This document shows, piece by piece, positions 20,124-29,807 of a DNA stretch of 64,000 nucleotides. How positions within the stretch are numbered: position 1 is the stretch's first letter; the number at the start of each line of letters is the position of its first letter. The position numbers and the translations under genes were made by a program. This DNA comes from Spirulina sp. (lineage in GTDB: Bacteria; Cyanobacteriota; Cyanobacteriia; Phormidesmidales; Phormidesmidaceae). The stretch lies in NCBI GenBank assembly GCA_044070495.1, contig JBIPSI010000029.1:1-64000 (forward strand), in the 5' to 3' direction. A model generated the notes under the pieces. It worked only from the letters and a program-made list of their open reading frames with translations. It was not told the origin of the DNA and did not search any database.

Positions 20124-20927
20124 ATGGATAGAAAAAAGGTGTTGCGTTGGTTGGGCGTGGTGGGGTTGGGCTTGGGCTTGGGGATAGCCTGCCGACCGAG
20201 TCCATCCGAGCTAAGTACAGCACCGGAGGTTGAGACCACCTTGCTGGTGGGGGCCGCCGCCAGCTTGCAAGGGGTGATGGAGGCGATTCAACCCGGGTTT
20301 GAGACCACCCATCCCGCTATCTCGCTGGAGTACACCTTTGCGTCGTCCGGGCAACTGCAACAGCAAATTGAGCAAGGTTCGCCCATTGATGTGTTTCTCT
20401 CGGCGGGACAATCCCAGATGGCCGCCCTAGAGGCGGGGGGCTATGTGCTAGCCGGAAGTCGCCAAGACCTGCTGGGCAATGCGCTGGTGCTGGTGGTTCC
20501 CGCCCCGTCAACGGTGGGTATACAGTCCTTTGAAGACCTGACCCAGGCCGAGGTGGCCCAAATTGCCGTAGGGGATTTTGGCAGCGTCCCAGCGGGGCAA
20601 TACACCGAGCAGGTGTTGACCAATTTGGGTTTAATCGATGACCTGCGGGCCAAGCTGGTCTTTTTCAACACGGTACGTGAGGTGCTGACCGCTGTTTCGT
20701 CCAACAATGTAGCGGCGGGCGTAGTCTACGCCACCGATGCGGCCTCGTCGGATCAGGTCACCGTGGTAGCCACCGCCGATCCGGCCCTCCACGATCCGAT
20801 TATCTACCCCCTCGCCATCATCAACGAGACCGCCCATGGCCCAGCGGCCCAAACCTTTGTGGATTACCTATCCAGCGAGGCGGCGAGGACGGTCTTTATC
20901 GACTCCGGTTTCACTGTGTTGGATTAG
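20124..20927 (+). CDS. modA: Molybdate ABC transporter substrate-binding lipoprotein
   Basis: Lipobox-like GIAC; motifs AAASL, FASSGQLQQQIEQG.PIDVFLSA, SVPAGQY, VYATDA and PIIYP. Confidence 0.95.
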   Translation: MDRKKVLRWLGVVGLGLGLGIACRPSPSELSTAPEVETTLLVGAAASLQGVMEAIQPGFETTHPAISLEYTFASSGQLQQQIEQGSPIDVFLSAGQSQMAALEAGGYVLAGSRQDLLGNALVLVVPAPSTVGIQSFEDLTQAEVAQIAVGDFGSVPAGQYTEQVLTNLGLIDDLRAKLVFFNTVREVLTAVSSNNVAAGVVYATDAASSDQVTVVATADPALHDPIIYPLAIINETAHGPAAQTFVDYLSSEAARTVFIDSGFTVLD

Positions 20928-20972
20928 CCCCAAGTTGGATTAGCCCCGATGCCCCTGATTGGATAACCCCCC

Positions 20973-22904
20973 ATGCCCCTCGATCTCACCCCGCTTTGGA
21001 TTTCCCTGAAGGTGGCTGGCTTGGCCACGGTGTTTGCCTTTTTTGCTGGTATTGCCGTCGCCTACGCCATGGTGGGCTATCGGGGGCCTGGAAAGTCTCT
21101 GTTGGAGGGTCTTTTTATCGCGCCGCTGGTGTTGCCGCCCACGGTGGTTGGGTTTCTATTACTGGTGCTGCTGGGCCGTAGTGGCCCCCTGGCTCCCCTT
21201 CTTCAGGCCCTAGGGATACAAATCGTCTTCACCTGGTATGGCGCGGTGATTAGCGCAACGGTGGTGGCTTTCCCGTTGATGTACCGCACCGCCCTAGGGG
21301 CCTTCGAGCAGGTTGATGCCACCCTCATGCAGGTGGCCCGTACCCTGGGGGCCAGGGAACGGCGCGTGTTTTGGCAAATTGTGTTGCCCCTGTCGGCACC
21401 GGGTTTGCTGGCGGGGGTGACCCTGTCTTTCGCCCGCGCCCTAGGGGAATTTGGGGCCACGCTGATGGTGGCTGGAAACATTCCAGGCCGCACCCAAACG
21501 ATGCCCATGGCCATCTATTTTGCGGTGCAGGCGGGGGCCATGGGGCAGGCCTGGGGCTGGGTGGCGATCATCATGGTGGTGTCGCTGTCAGGGATTTTGG
21601 TTGCCAATACCTGGCCATCTCAACGGCATCAGCGGGCAACGGCCCAACCCACCTGTCCAAAACTAGAACCTAAGATAGACCTTCCCCAACCGCCAAGCTG
21701 GGCCGGATCACCCTGGAGGCCCACCGATCCCGTCTGCCCAGCCACAACCCTGGAGGTGGATATTCATAAAGCCCTAGCCACCTTTCCCCTGGCGGTGCGG
21801 TTTGTCGCTGGCCCAGAATCCCTCGGCATTTTGGGGGCTTCGGGGTCAGGCAAATCCATGACCCTACGCTGCATTGCCGGGGTTGAAACCCCCGACCAAG
21901 GCCGCATTGTGCTGAATGGACGGGTATTGTTCGATTCCCAGCTTGGCATCAATGTTCCCAGTCATCAGCGTCGGGTAGGCCTCCTGTTTCAAACCTATGG
22001 CCTCTTTCCCCACCTCACCATTGCCGACAACATTGGTTTTGGGCTGCGGCATCTGCCCCGCCGAGAACGGCAGCAGCAAGTGAGTGGGTGGCTGAGCGCC
22101 ATGCATTTGCAAGGACTTGGCCATCGCTATCCCCAACACATTTCCGGGGGGCAACAGCAGCGGGTGGCCCTGGCCCGTGCCCTGGCCCCCAACCCAGAGG
22201 TACTGCTGCTGGATGAACCCCTTTCGGCCCTCGATACCTACCTGCGCAGCCAGGTAGAGCAGCAATTGATTGCCACCCTGTCCACCTACCCCGGCCTCGC
22301 CCTCTTCGTCACCCACAACCTAGAGGAGGTGTTCCGGGTGTGTCCCCAGGTGATGGTGATGGCGGCGGGGCAGGCCATCGCCCAGGGGTCGCGCCATGGG
22401 GTGTTTGAACAGCCCGGCAGCCCCATCGCCGCCCAAATTACCGGCTGCAAAAATTTCTCTAGGGCCACCCCACGCTCCGCCCACAGCCTCTCCGCCGAGG
22501 ACTGGGGCTGTACGCTCACGGTTGCGGCTCCCCTGCCTAATACCTTGAGCCAGGTTGGTTTTCGGGCGCACCAGATCGACTTTGTGGATCATCCCCATCT
22601 GCCGAATACGTTTCCGGCCTGGGTGGTCTTCACCAGCGAAACCCCCCACCGCATGACCCTGTTCCTCAAGCTCCATCATCCTCCCGAAGCTGGGAACCGA
22701 TCCAACCCAGCGATCACCACCGCCCCCTACGATCTCCAGGCCGAGGTCTACAAGGAAAAGTGGCAGATCCTTCAGTCGCGTCCCTTTCCCTGGTATGTAC
22801 ACCTAGCCCCAGAGCGAATCCTACTGCTGAGCGATTCCCCTCGGTCCACTGCCGTTCATGGGGCCGATGCTCAAATTTCCCTAACCCCTGTCAGCATTTC
22901 CTGA
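20973..22904 (+). CDS. modBC: Fused molybdate ABC permease/ATPase
   Basis: Permease motifs PLVLPPTVVG and FARALGEFGAT; Walker A GASGSGKS; signature ISGGQQQRVALARAL; Walker B LLLDEP. Confidence 0.93.
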   Translation: MPLDLTPLWISLKVAGLATVFAFFAGIAVAYAMVGYRGPGKSLLEGLFIAPLVLPPTVVGFLLLVLLGRSGPLAPLLQALGIQIVFTWYGAVISATVVAFPLMYRTALGAFEQVDATLMQVARTLGARERRVFWQIVLPLSAPGLLAGVTLSFARALGEFGATLMVAGNIPGRTQTMPMAIYFAVQAGAMGQAWGWVAIIMVVSLSGILVANTWPSQRHQRATAQPTCPKLEPKIDLPQPPSWAGSPWRPTDPVCPATTLEVDIHKALATFPLAVRFVAGPESLGILGASGSGKSMTLRCIAGVETPDQGRIVLNGRVLFDSQLGINVPSHQRRVGLLFQTYGLFPHLTIADNIGFGLRHLPRRERQQQVSGWLSAMHLQGLGHRYPQHISGGQQQRVALARALAPNPEVLLLDEPLSALDTYLRSQVEQQLIATLSTYPGLALFVTHNLEEVFRVCPQVMVMAAGQAIAQGSRHGVFEQPGSPIAAQITGCKNFSRATPRSAHSLSAEDWGCTLTVAAPLPNTLSQVGFRAHQIDFVDHPHLPNTFPAWVVFTSETPHRMTLFLKLHHPPEAGNRSNPAITTAPYDLQAEVYKEKWQILQSRPFPWYVHLAPERILLLSDSPRSTAVHGADAQISLTPVSIS

Positions 22905-22957
22905 AGGATGCTGACGGCGGCGGCTCACTCTGTGTCGGTGGGCACAGTTCCCCGTAG

Positions 22958-22999
22958 AGATGCCAGTAAAATTAACACAGAGTAAAAATACTGGCATCT
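22958..22999. promoter_or_regulatory. Candidate operator upstream of mop: AGATGCCAGTA/TACTGGCATCT inverted repeat containing ATGCCAG-N5-TTAACACAG
   Basis: Perfect 11-bp arms at 22958-22968 and 22989-22999, overlapping a TAAAAT -10-like hexamer. Confidence 0.55.
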
Positions 23000-23015
23000 G
23001 CTGCCGAGGGTAACC

Positions 23016-23225
23016 ATGAAAGTTAGCGCTCGCAATAACCTTAAGGGCACGATCAAGTCCCTCACCGTGGGCCTAGTGAATGCTGAGGTGGTGATTGAGG
23101 TGGCCCCCGGCGTGGATATTGTATCCACCATCACCAAGGCTTCCGCAGAGGCCATGGAACTGGCGGAAGGGAAAGAAGTCTACGCCATGGTCAAGGCCTC
23201 GAATATTATGCTGGCTGTGGATTAG
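23016..23225 (+). CDS. mop: Molbindin / Mop (single TOBE domain) molybdate-binding protein
   Basis: Motif MKVSARNNLKGTI..GLVNAEV..STIT..SAE.MEL..GKEVYAMVKAS; 69 aa. Confidence 0.93.
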   Translation: MKVSARNNLKGTIKSLTVGLVNAEVVIEVAPGVDIVSTITKASAEAMELAEGKEVYAMVKASNIMLAVD

Positions 23226-23228
23226 CGT

Positions 23229-24038
23229 ATGGAACGTCGAAAACCTTGGCTGGCTTTTGCCTGGGCGGTACCCATTAGCCTGCTGGGGGGGCTTATGGGG
23301 CTGGGGGGGGCCGAATTTCGGTTGCCGGTACTAGGTGGCCCGCTAGGCTACTTAGCCAAGCAGGCGGTGCCGCTAAACCTAGCGATCAGTTTAGTCACCA
23401 TTGTGGTGGCCCTGCTGATTCGCGCTCAAACCCTGTCGATGGCTGGCCTGGTGCCCTTTCGCCCTGTCCTGTCTGCGCTCATTGCCGGAGCTATGATCAC
23501 CGCCTACCTGGGAGCTACCTGGGTGCGTCATATGTCTAACGAGCAACTGGAGCGCATTATCCTGGTGCTGCTCGTTACCATTGGCATCGCTCTCCTGATT
23601 GAAGCCTTTTTACCCCAAACCTTTCCCGGCTTGGTGCCGGCGGTGCTAGGGTGGCAAGTGCCTATGGGTGTGTTGTTTGGCTTGGCCATTGGTTTGGTCA
23701 GCAGTGTGCTGGGGGTAGCGGGCGGAGAACTTATCATTCCCACGTTGATTTTTGCTTTTGGGGTGGATATTCGTTCTGCGGGAACTGGGAGCCTGATTGT
23801 CAGCTTGCCCACTGTGCTGATTGGCCTTATCCGCTATATCCGAGTTGGGGCGCTGGCAGATCCTCAGTCCCTGCGTCAAACGGTGTTGCCCATGGGACTA
23901 GGTTCTGTAATTGGGGCCACCCTGGGCGGGCTATTGGTGGGTATCATTGCTCCGGCCCTGCTCAAGTTCCTGCTGGGTCTGATTTTGATCATCTCCGCCA
24001 TTCGGGTCTTTTCCCATACTCAGGCCGCAACACCCTAG
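23229..24038 (+). CDS. TSUP (TauE/SafE) family membrane transporter
   Basis: Two repeats, GGLMGLGGAEFRLP and SSVLGVAGGELIIP; about 8 TM segments; starts 3 nt after mop. Confidence 0.88.
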   Translation: MERRKPWLAFAWAVPISLLGGLMGLGGAEFRLPVLGGPLGYLAKQAVPLNLAISLVTIVVALLIRAQTLSMAGLVPFRPVLSALIAGAMITAYLGATWVRHMSNEQLERIILVLLVTIGIALLIEAFLPQTFPGLVPAVLGWQVPMGVLFGLAIGLVSSVLGVAGGELIIPTLIFAFGVDIRSAGTGSLIVSLPTVLIGLIRYIRVGALADPQSLRQTVLPMGLGSVIGATLGGLLVGIIAPALLKFLLGLILIISAIRVFSHTQAATP

Positions 24039-24106
24039 TCCCCTCTATCCTCAGTTACCTGCTTAAAGAAGACGGGCTGATCTGCGGTAGTAGATCAGCC
24101 CTCAAC

Positions 24107-24134
24107 AAAAAAGGGAGGCCCATTGGACTTCCCC
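24107..24134 (-). terminator. Intrinsic terminator for hliC
   Basis: Minus strand reads GGGAAGTCC-aat-GGGCCTCCC-TTTTTT. Confidence 0.6.
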
Positions 24135-24216
24135 GTCGTTTTTACAATTTGAAGGGATGTTTTCCCAGGAACCCGGAATATTCCAAAGACGCTCCTGCAA
24201 AAAACCTAGGGATTGA

Positions 24217-24360
24217 TTACATCAAGCCGATTTGAGACAGAATACCTTGGCCGGTGAGCAGCTCGGTAGCCACCCCAATCACAAAGCCCAGCATGGCCAG
24301 ACGACCATTCCAGGTTTCAGCAAACGCCACAAAGCCAAACTTGGTTTCGTTGTTTTCCAT
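24217..24360 (-). CDS. hliC: High-light-inducible protein (HliC/ScpB-like, 47 aa); absent from the ORF track
   Basis: Reads MENNETKFGFVAFAETWNGRLAMLGFVIGVATELLTGQGILSQIGLM*, with the ExxNGRxAMxG chlorophyll-binding motif and an AGGAG ribosome-binding site. Confidence 0.93.
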   Translation of the reverse strand: MENNETKFGFVAFAETWNGRLAMLGFVIGVATELLTGQGILSQIGLM

Positions 24361-24403
24361 GGTGGATAACTCCTAAGGGGATAGAGGGCAAACAATTCAA
24401 TAT

Positions 24404-24421
24404 CCTGTAACTTAAGTTAAC
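24404..24421 (-). promoter_or_regulatory. Degenerate HLR1 (RpaB)-like direct repeat upstream of hliC
   Basis: Minus strand GTTAACTT-aa-GTTACAGG, compared with the consensus (G/T)TTACA(T/A)(T/A)-N2 repeat. Confidence 0.4.
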
Positions 24422-24661
24422 ATAAGTTTCCTGAAGCTGCCGCCCGCTACCCCAACTTTTTTTCGATGGTAGAAATAAGCATTACCTATAGTGGGAATAG
24501 ACGGTATCCGACAATACCCAAGCTGCCGTAACGGGCTAGAGAAGACTACATCCTGATGGCATACCTCCGGTTCAAACGGGCGGGGTTTCCCCGCCCCTAC
24601 GGTTTGATCGCTTGGGTATCGGGGTTGTCTCGCCCGAATGTACGAAGAAGCCCTGTCAGAC

Positions 24662-25072
24662 TTAGCTGGCTTTGGCGGTGGCGGTGGAGGTGCCCAGTTG
24701 GATTAGTTCCACCTTGTAGCCATCGGGATCTTGCACAAAGGCAATCACCGTTGATCCATGCTTCATGGGGCCGGGTTCGCGCACCACTTCGCCGCCCATG
24801 GCCTTAATTTGTTCGCAGGTTTGGTAAATATCATCGACCCCCAGGGCAATGTGGCCGTAGGCGGTGCCCAAGTCGTAGGCTTCCACACCCCAGTTGTAGG
24901 TCAGTTCTAGCACGGTGTGATCGGTCTCATCGCCGTAGCCCACAAAGGCCAGGGTAAACTCGCCGCCGGGGTAGTCTTTTTTGCGCAGGAGTTTCATCCC
25001 CAGTACATCGCAGTAAAACGTTAGGGATCGCTCCAGATCGCCCACTCGCAGCATGGTGTGTAGAAGTCGCAT
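24662..25072 (-). CDS. gloA: Lactoylglutathione lyase (glyoxalase I)
   Basis: Motifs [26 protein letters not shown] and [10 protein letters not shown]. Confidence 0.97.
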   Translation of the reverse strand: MRLLHTMLRVGDLERSLTFYCDVLGMKLLRKKDYPGGEFTLAFVGYGDETDHTVLELTYNWGVEAYDLGTAYGHIALGVDDIYQTCEQIKAMGGEVVREPGPMKHGSTVIAFVQDPDGYKVELIQLGTSTATAKAS

Positions 25073-25235
25073 GGTTTTGGCCTCCTTAAAAAATAGATCT
25101 GTTCTATTGTGCCGAGATTTCGGGGCACCGCAATTCAGGGTGAACGAAATTCGGGTAGGTCAGAGTTCAGAGGACTAACCCTAGGGGGACGTTTACTGGG
25201 GGTGATGGCTCGAGCGACCAGCCCTAGAGAGCGGT

Positions 25236-28200
25236 TTACTGGGGGGAAATGGCGCTTACCTCAGAGGAGCGGGCCACGGCTTGCCATTGGCCTGTGCTGG
25301 AGAGATATCCCACTTCCGCCAGGTAAATCCGGTCCCAGCGAGGAACGGCCAGGTACCAGTCCTGGGCGAAGTCGTCGTGGCAGCGCTGTTCCTCCACGGG
25401 GGGCGGTAAGGGTGTTTGGGTGGGGTGCCCGGTGACATCGTAGAGGCGCACCGCGAGGATGTCGCCCCCGGCCCGTCTTGCCTGAAGCCGATCCCCATCG
25501 CTGATATGCCACAGGGCATAAAATCGGGAGCCTTGGGAACGGTCGAGGGATAGCCTAAGCCAGCTTTGGGGGACGGGGGCAGCGATGGCGGGAGGTTCTG
25601 CTGGATAAATGGCCCCAAAGGCATCGGGCGAACCAGCGGGGATACTGGCCATGGCCGCCATCACCTCCGGGGGCAAGTCCTGGGGCCAATCCTCCATCAA
25701 TTCCGCCGGAGGATCAAAATCACCGGGGGCATCGGGCACCGTGGGGTCGGGATCGGGGGTGGCTAGGGCCGAGGGATCCATGGCGGTGGCCTTGGGGGTG
25801 GGCCAGCCCTGGGCTGGGTTCCAGTTGGCCTCCACCGACAGATCCAGGTCTAGATCGTCCTCAATGGCTCCGCCATACATTGGGGTTATCCCATGGGCTG
25901 GGGGTTCGCCATCGGCCAGGGCTGCGTTGGGTTCAGGGTCTACCTCCGAGGGAGCGGGACGGATCCAGGGGGCTGTGCCCAGGTTGGGGTCTGGTGACAA
26001 TCCTGGTTCGGCTGACTCGACGGCCCAGGCTACCCCATTGGGGGGGATGGTTTCCGCCTGGCTAGGCAATTGCTCCGCCTCCGCCGCCAGTTCCGGCGGC
26101 ACCCCATAGTCGCTGGGAAAGGCGTAGGCCAGATCGGTGTCGGCGGAGGGAAGCCCCATCACCACCCGCTGGAGGTCTAGGGGAATATCGGGGTCGTAGC
26201 CGCCATCGGAGTCATCATCAAAGCCTTGATCCACCGTATCGGCAGGTTCCACTATCTCGCCCCCTGGCCACATCGGAGACAGGGTCGTTTTGGACAAGTC
26301 TAGGCTGGCCGGATCAAGGGTGGGGTAGGGGGGTAATGGCCCTAGGCTTTCTGGCCCCAAGGCCATGGCGCGCTGGTGGCAGGTTTGGCCTTCGGCATGG
26401 CGACCCAGCCGGAGGAGAGCCTGCCCTTTGCCTGCCCAGGCTGGCCCCAGACCGCTGTCTATTTCTAAGGCGCTGTCGAAACAAAACAGGGCCTCTTCGT
26501 AGCGACCCAGGCCAATCAGTAGGCGGCCTTTACCAATCCAGGCTTCCACCGCCGTACCGTCGAGGGCAAGGGCGGTATTGTAGCTCTCCATGGCCTCCCC
26601 CGGCTGATCCATCAGGCCGAGGGCATGGCCGCGCTGGGTGTGGGCCTGGGTGGCCAGGGCATTGATGCCTCCCAGGGGAGTACCCAGGGTTTCGGCCTTC
26701 ATGCGCTCCACCTCCGTGGCTTCAATGGCGCTGTTGAAGCAGAGTAGCCCCGCCTCGTACTGAGCACTGCGAAGACCCTTGCGGCCTTCGGCTAAATCAG
26801 CCCTCGCCTGTTCGAGTTTGCTGGTGGGGGGCTGGGGCACCAACTCCTGGGCGGGTAACAGATCGGCCTCCGGCGGCAGGGGATCCATGGTCGCCGGAGC
26901 GTTGAGTCCTGGGCCTGGGGCTTCGGTGTCCAGAACTGCATCTGACCAATCCAGATCGGCCTCCGGCGGCAGGGGGGCATCTGTCAATGGGGTGGCGGGG
27001 ACTGCTGCTGGGACAGCGGCAGCAACGGCCATTTCTGAGGAGAGATCAAGGTTGGCCTTGGGGATATCGGGGGAGGTATCGATGGGAGAAACTGAGGAAA
27101 CCGCCGCCATGGCGTCCTCGGCGTCCTCTGCCGCCACCACTGCATCGGGGTATGGGCCATCCTCTGGGGTCGGCAAAGCCTCATCGGTGGTTTCCGATGA
27201 ACGATTACTGCCCAGCAGCGCCCCCACAATCCCAGCCAAAATCAGCAGGGTCGGTATCGCCGCCAGAATCCACCAAGTATTTTGGGGAAGCCGTTGCAGC
27301 GGGCCTAGGCTATCCCACGGCTGAGCGCCATCGGCTGGGGGTTGGGGGCTAGTCACCACAATCAGATCGCCCTGGGGGCCACGCCGTTCCACCCGACCAT
27401 CGGCATAGCCCGTCACCAGATCCCCAGCGGGGGTAAATCCTAAAAAGTGGGGGTCGCCCTCCAAGGCGACGGGTTCAGGCCAGCGGCTAGTGCCATCGGC
27501 ATTCCACAGGCGCAGGGTGCCATCGGCGGCGGCGGTGGCCAAGGTACTGCCGTCAGGGCTATAGGCGGCGGCGCGAATGGGGGCCGCGTGGGCGGCGAGG
27601 GTCTCTCCCCTGGGTTGAAAGGTGACCCGATCCCAGAAGCGCAGGGTGCCATCGCCGCCCGTGGTGGCAATCACCTGACCATCGGGGCTGCTTGCCACCT
27701 GGGTGACCCCGCCGCTGTGGGCCGAGGCCACCTGCCCCGCCGCACTGCCATCGGCATTCCACAGGGCCAAACTACCGTCCTGACTACCGCTGATCCAGTT
27801 TTGGCCTCCGGCCATGTAGTTCAAGGTTTGAATCGCTGCCGCATGGGCCGCAATGGGGTCCCCCTGGGCCACCCCTGTGGCCACCGCCCACTGCTCCACC
27901 AGGCCATCGGCCCGCCCCCCGATCAAGGTCTGCCCATCGGGGCTGAGGGCCAGGGCAACCAGGGTACTGCCTGAGACTGCCGTGGCTTCCCCCAGGGTGT
28001 TTCCCTGCCGATCCCAGCGGCGTAGGGTGCCATCGGCCCCGGCGGAAATTACCGTCTGTCCATCCTTGGTAATCACGACTGCCAGCACTGGCCCCTGGTG
28101 GGCTGGGGAGATCCTCCTGTTAGTAACCCGTCCCTGATCATCCAGCCACTCTAGATCGCCGGTTTCAGTGCCCCGCACCATGTACTGACTATCCGGCGAT

Positions 28201-28418
28201 AGGGCCAACGGAACCATCGCCTCTGCTTCAGGGGCCACTGGTTCGTCCGCTGGAACAGTCCCTGGCGATTGGGCCACTAGGCGCGTCCAACCGCTGGAAG
28301 CCCCCAAAACCGCCGCCTGTACAGACTCGCTGCCGTTGTTCATCAGCGGCCCTGGCCCCAGAACCAAGGCTCCAATCAGCGAGAGGACAAACAACGACGG
28401 CTTAGGCAACTTATCCAT
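25236..28418 (-). CDS. Membrane protein with signal peptide, WD40 repeats, TM helix, TPR repeats and a C-terminal DUF4912-like domain
   Basis: WD40 repeats (SAGADGTLRRWD, SGSQDGSLALWN, GGDGTLRFWD); TM WWILAAIPTLLILAGIVGALL; TPRs (EAWIGKGRLL..LGRYEEAL); C-terminal YALWHI..LAVRLYDVT..YLAEVGY..ARS. Confidence 0.82.
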   Translation of the reverse strand: MDKLPKPSLFVLSLIGALVLGPGPLMNNGSESVQAAVLGASSGWTRLVAQSPGTVPADEPVAPEAEAMVPLALSPDSQYMVRGTETGDLEWLDDQGRVTNRRISPAHQGPVLAVVITKDGQTVISAGADGTLRRWDRQGNTLGEATAVSGSTLVALALSPDGQTLIGGRADGLVEQWAVATGVAQGDPIAAHAAAIQTLNYMAGGQNWISGSQDGSLALWNADGSAAGQVASAHSGGVTQVASSPDGQVIATTGGDGTLRFWDRVTFQPRGETLAAHAAPIRAAAYSPDGSTLATAAADGTLRLWNADGTSRWPEPVALEGDPHFLGFTPAGDLVTGYADGRVERRGPQGDLIVVTSPQPPADGAQPWDSLGPLQRLPQNTWWILAAIPTLLILAGIVGALLGSNRSSETTDEALPTPEDGPYPDAVVAAEDAEDAMAAVSSVSPIDTSPDIPKANLDLSSEMAVAAAVPAAVPATPLTDAPLPPEADLDWSDAVLDTEAPGPGLNAPATMDPLPPEADLLPAQELVPQPPTSKLEQARADLAEGRKGLRSAQYEAGLLCFNSAIEATEVERMKAETLGTPLGGINALATQAHTQRGHALGLMDQPGEAMESYNTALALDGTAVEAWIGKGRLLIGLGRYEEALFCFDSALEIDSGLGPAWAGKGQALLRLGRHAEGQTCHQRAMALGPESLGPLPPYPTLDPASLDLSKTTLSPMWPGGEIVEPADTVDQGFDDDSDGGYDPDIPLDLQRVVMGLPSADTDLAYAFPSDYGVPPELAAEAEQLPSQAETIPPNGVAWAVESAEPGLSPDPNLGTAPWIRPAPSEVDPEPNAALADGEPPAHGITPMYGGAIEDDLDLDLSVEANWNPAQGWPTPKATAMDPSALATPDPDPTVPDAPGDFDPPAELMEDWPQDLPPEVMAAMASIPAGSPDAFGAIYPAEPPAIAAPVPQSWLRLSLDRSQGSRFYALWHISDGDRLQARRAGGDILAVRLYDVTGHPTQTPLPPPVEEQRCHDDFAQDWYLAVPRWDRIYLAEVGYLSSTGQWQAVARSSEVSAISPQ

Positions 28419-28580
28419 GGGACATCCGCAGCGGAGGGGCAGAAGAATTCTGCTAAAGGATACCGTAGATGCTTCCTATGGGATTGCCTTGCAACCTAAA
28501 ATTACAGCCTAACCATAGGGGCTAGGGCTGAGGCGTTCCCTAGGCTTGGCGTGGTCAATCTAGGGAGGCCGTCACGCCGT

Positions 28581-29135
28581 CTAGGGGTCTACTGCAACGC
28601 CGACTTGGCGCAGATCCACCGCGTAGCCCGCGACCACTAGGTATACGGCATCGGCCACCTGGCCTAGGCGTCGAGTCATCTGGCCTAGCCGATCTCGAAA
28701 CTGCCGTCCCGATGGGTAGGCGGGCACCACCCCCCAGCCCGTTTCCTCCGCCACCACAATCACCGTCGCTGCCGTTTCCTGGACGCTGGCGATTACCTCC
28801 TCCACCCTGTGGTGCCATTGGCCCTCGTCTTGGCCCAAGCCATGGGCCAGCCAAGATCCTAAGGAATCCACCAGTAGACAGTCCGTGGCTTTCCCAGACC
28901 GCAGGGCCGACGCCAAGTCCCCAGATACTTCCCACAGCCGCCAATCCGCTGGTCGTCGCTGCCGATGGAGTGCCAACCGAGCCTGCCACTCCTGATCCGC
29001 TGGATCCACCGCTGAGGTGGCCACATAAACCACCGCCTTGCCCGACCGCCGAGCTAAGGTTTCTGCCCATTCACTTTTCCCCGACCGGGTTGGCCCAGTG
29101 ACCACCACAATTTGCTTCACCCGTTTTTTCTCCAT
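28581..29135 (-). CDS. cobU: Bifunctional adenosylcobinamide kinase / adenosylcobinamide-phosphate guanylyltransferase
   Basis: Motifs VTGPTRSGKSEWAE, H.QRRP..W, LLVDSLG.W, EETGWGVVP and GRQFRDRLG. Confidence 0.95.
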   Translation of the reverse strand: MEKKRVKQIVVVTGPTRSGKSEWAETLARRSGKAVVYVATSAVDPADQEWQARLALHRQRRPADWRLWEVSGDLASALRSGKATDCLLVDSLGSWLAHGLGQDEGQWHHRVEEVIASVQETAATVIVVAEETGWGVVPAYPSGRQFRDRLGQMTRRLGQVADAVYLVVAGYAVDLRQVGVAVDP

Positions 29136-29281
29136 TGGCGTCCTACAAGGATCGCTACCGCCGACGGCCCCTAGTTTGCTGAGGAATCTCGCTGGTTAAT
29201 CTTGCCCTCCGGCTGACTCCCGCTGTAGGAAAACTAAACGGCTCTCACCACCTCAGGGGGTAGGCGTCGGGCCTAACAATA

Positions 29282-29403
29282 CAGCAAGTCTCAATATGAC
29301 TAGGCTGGTTAATCAAATACCGCTCAGGCTGAGCCTGTCGGAGCCTTTTCCCCCTTCGACAGACCCAGGGCGAAAGGCCAATTTACCACAATGAGAATTG
29401 CTG
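29282..29403. repeat. MITE/REP-like element
   Basis: Ends CAGCAAGTCTCA and TGAGAATTGCTG form an 11/12 inverted repeat; internal GCTGAGCCTGTCG..CTTCGACAG REP-like palindrome. Confidence 0.55.
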
Positions 29404-29807
29404 CTAACGGTACCCTCAGATAACCGCTCCAGGAATTTAGCACTATGATGGAATTACCCAGGTTGATATAGCCGTGCCCTATTCTCCTCGAATTGTTGCC
29501 TTCGGAATTGGCGACGCAAAGGCTCTGCGCAACAATTGTTTAGACAAGATTAGCTAAGTCTTTGGAACGGCTAGCGGTAGCGTAGCGGGGCGAGCGATAT
29601 TCCCGATATTTTAGTTTACCTAAAATTAGGGCATCCTTAGGGCATCCTTATAGTTAGGCGATGTATCGCCAGGATGGGGCGTTCTATCAAGATGTCGTGA
29701 TACGTGATGGCGGAACGACGAATGTACCACACCTCATCGCTGGCGATACACATCCTAATAGGGCAACCTGGGTCAATCCTGAATGGCGTCAAGAGGACAG
29801 ATGAGTT

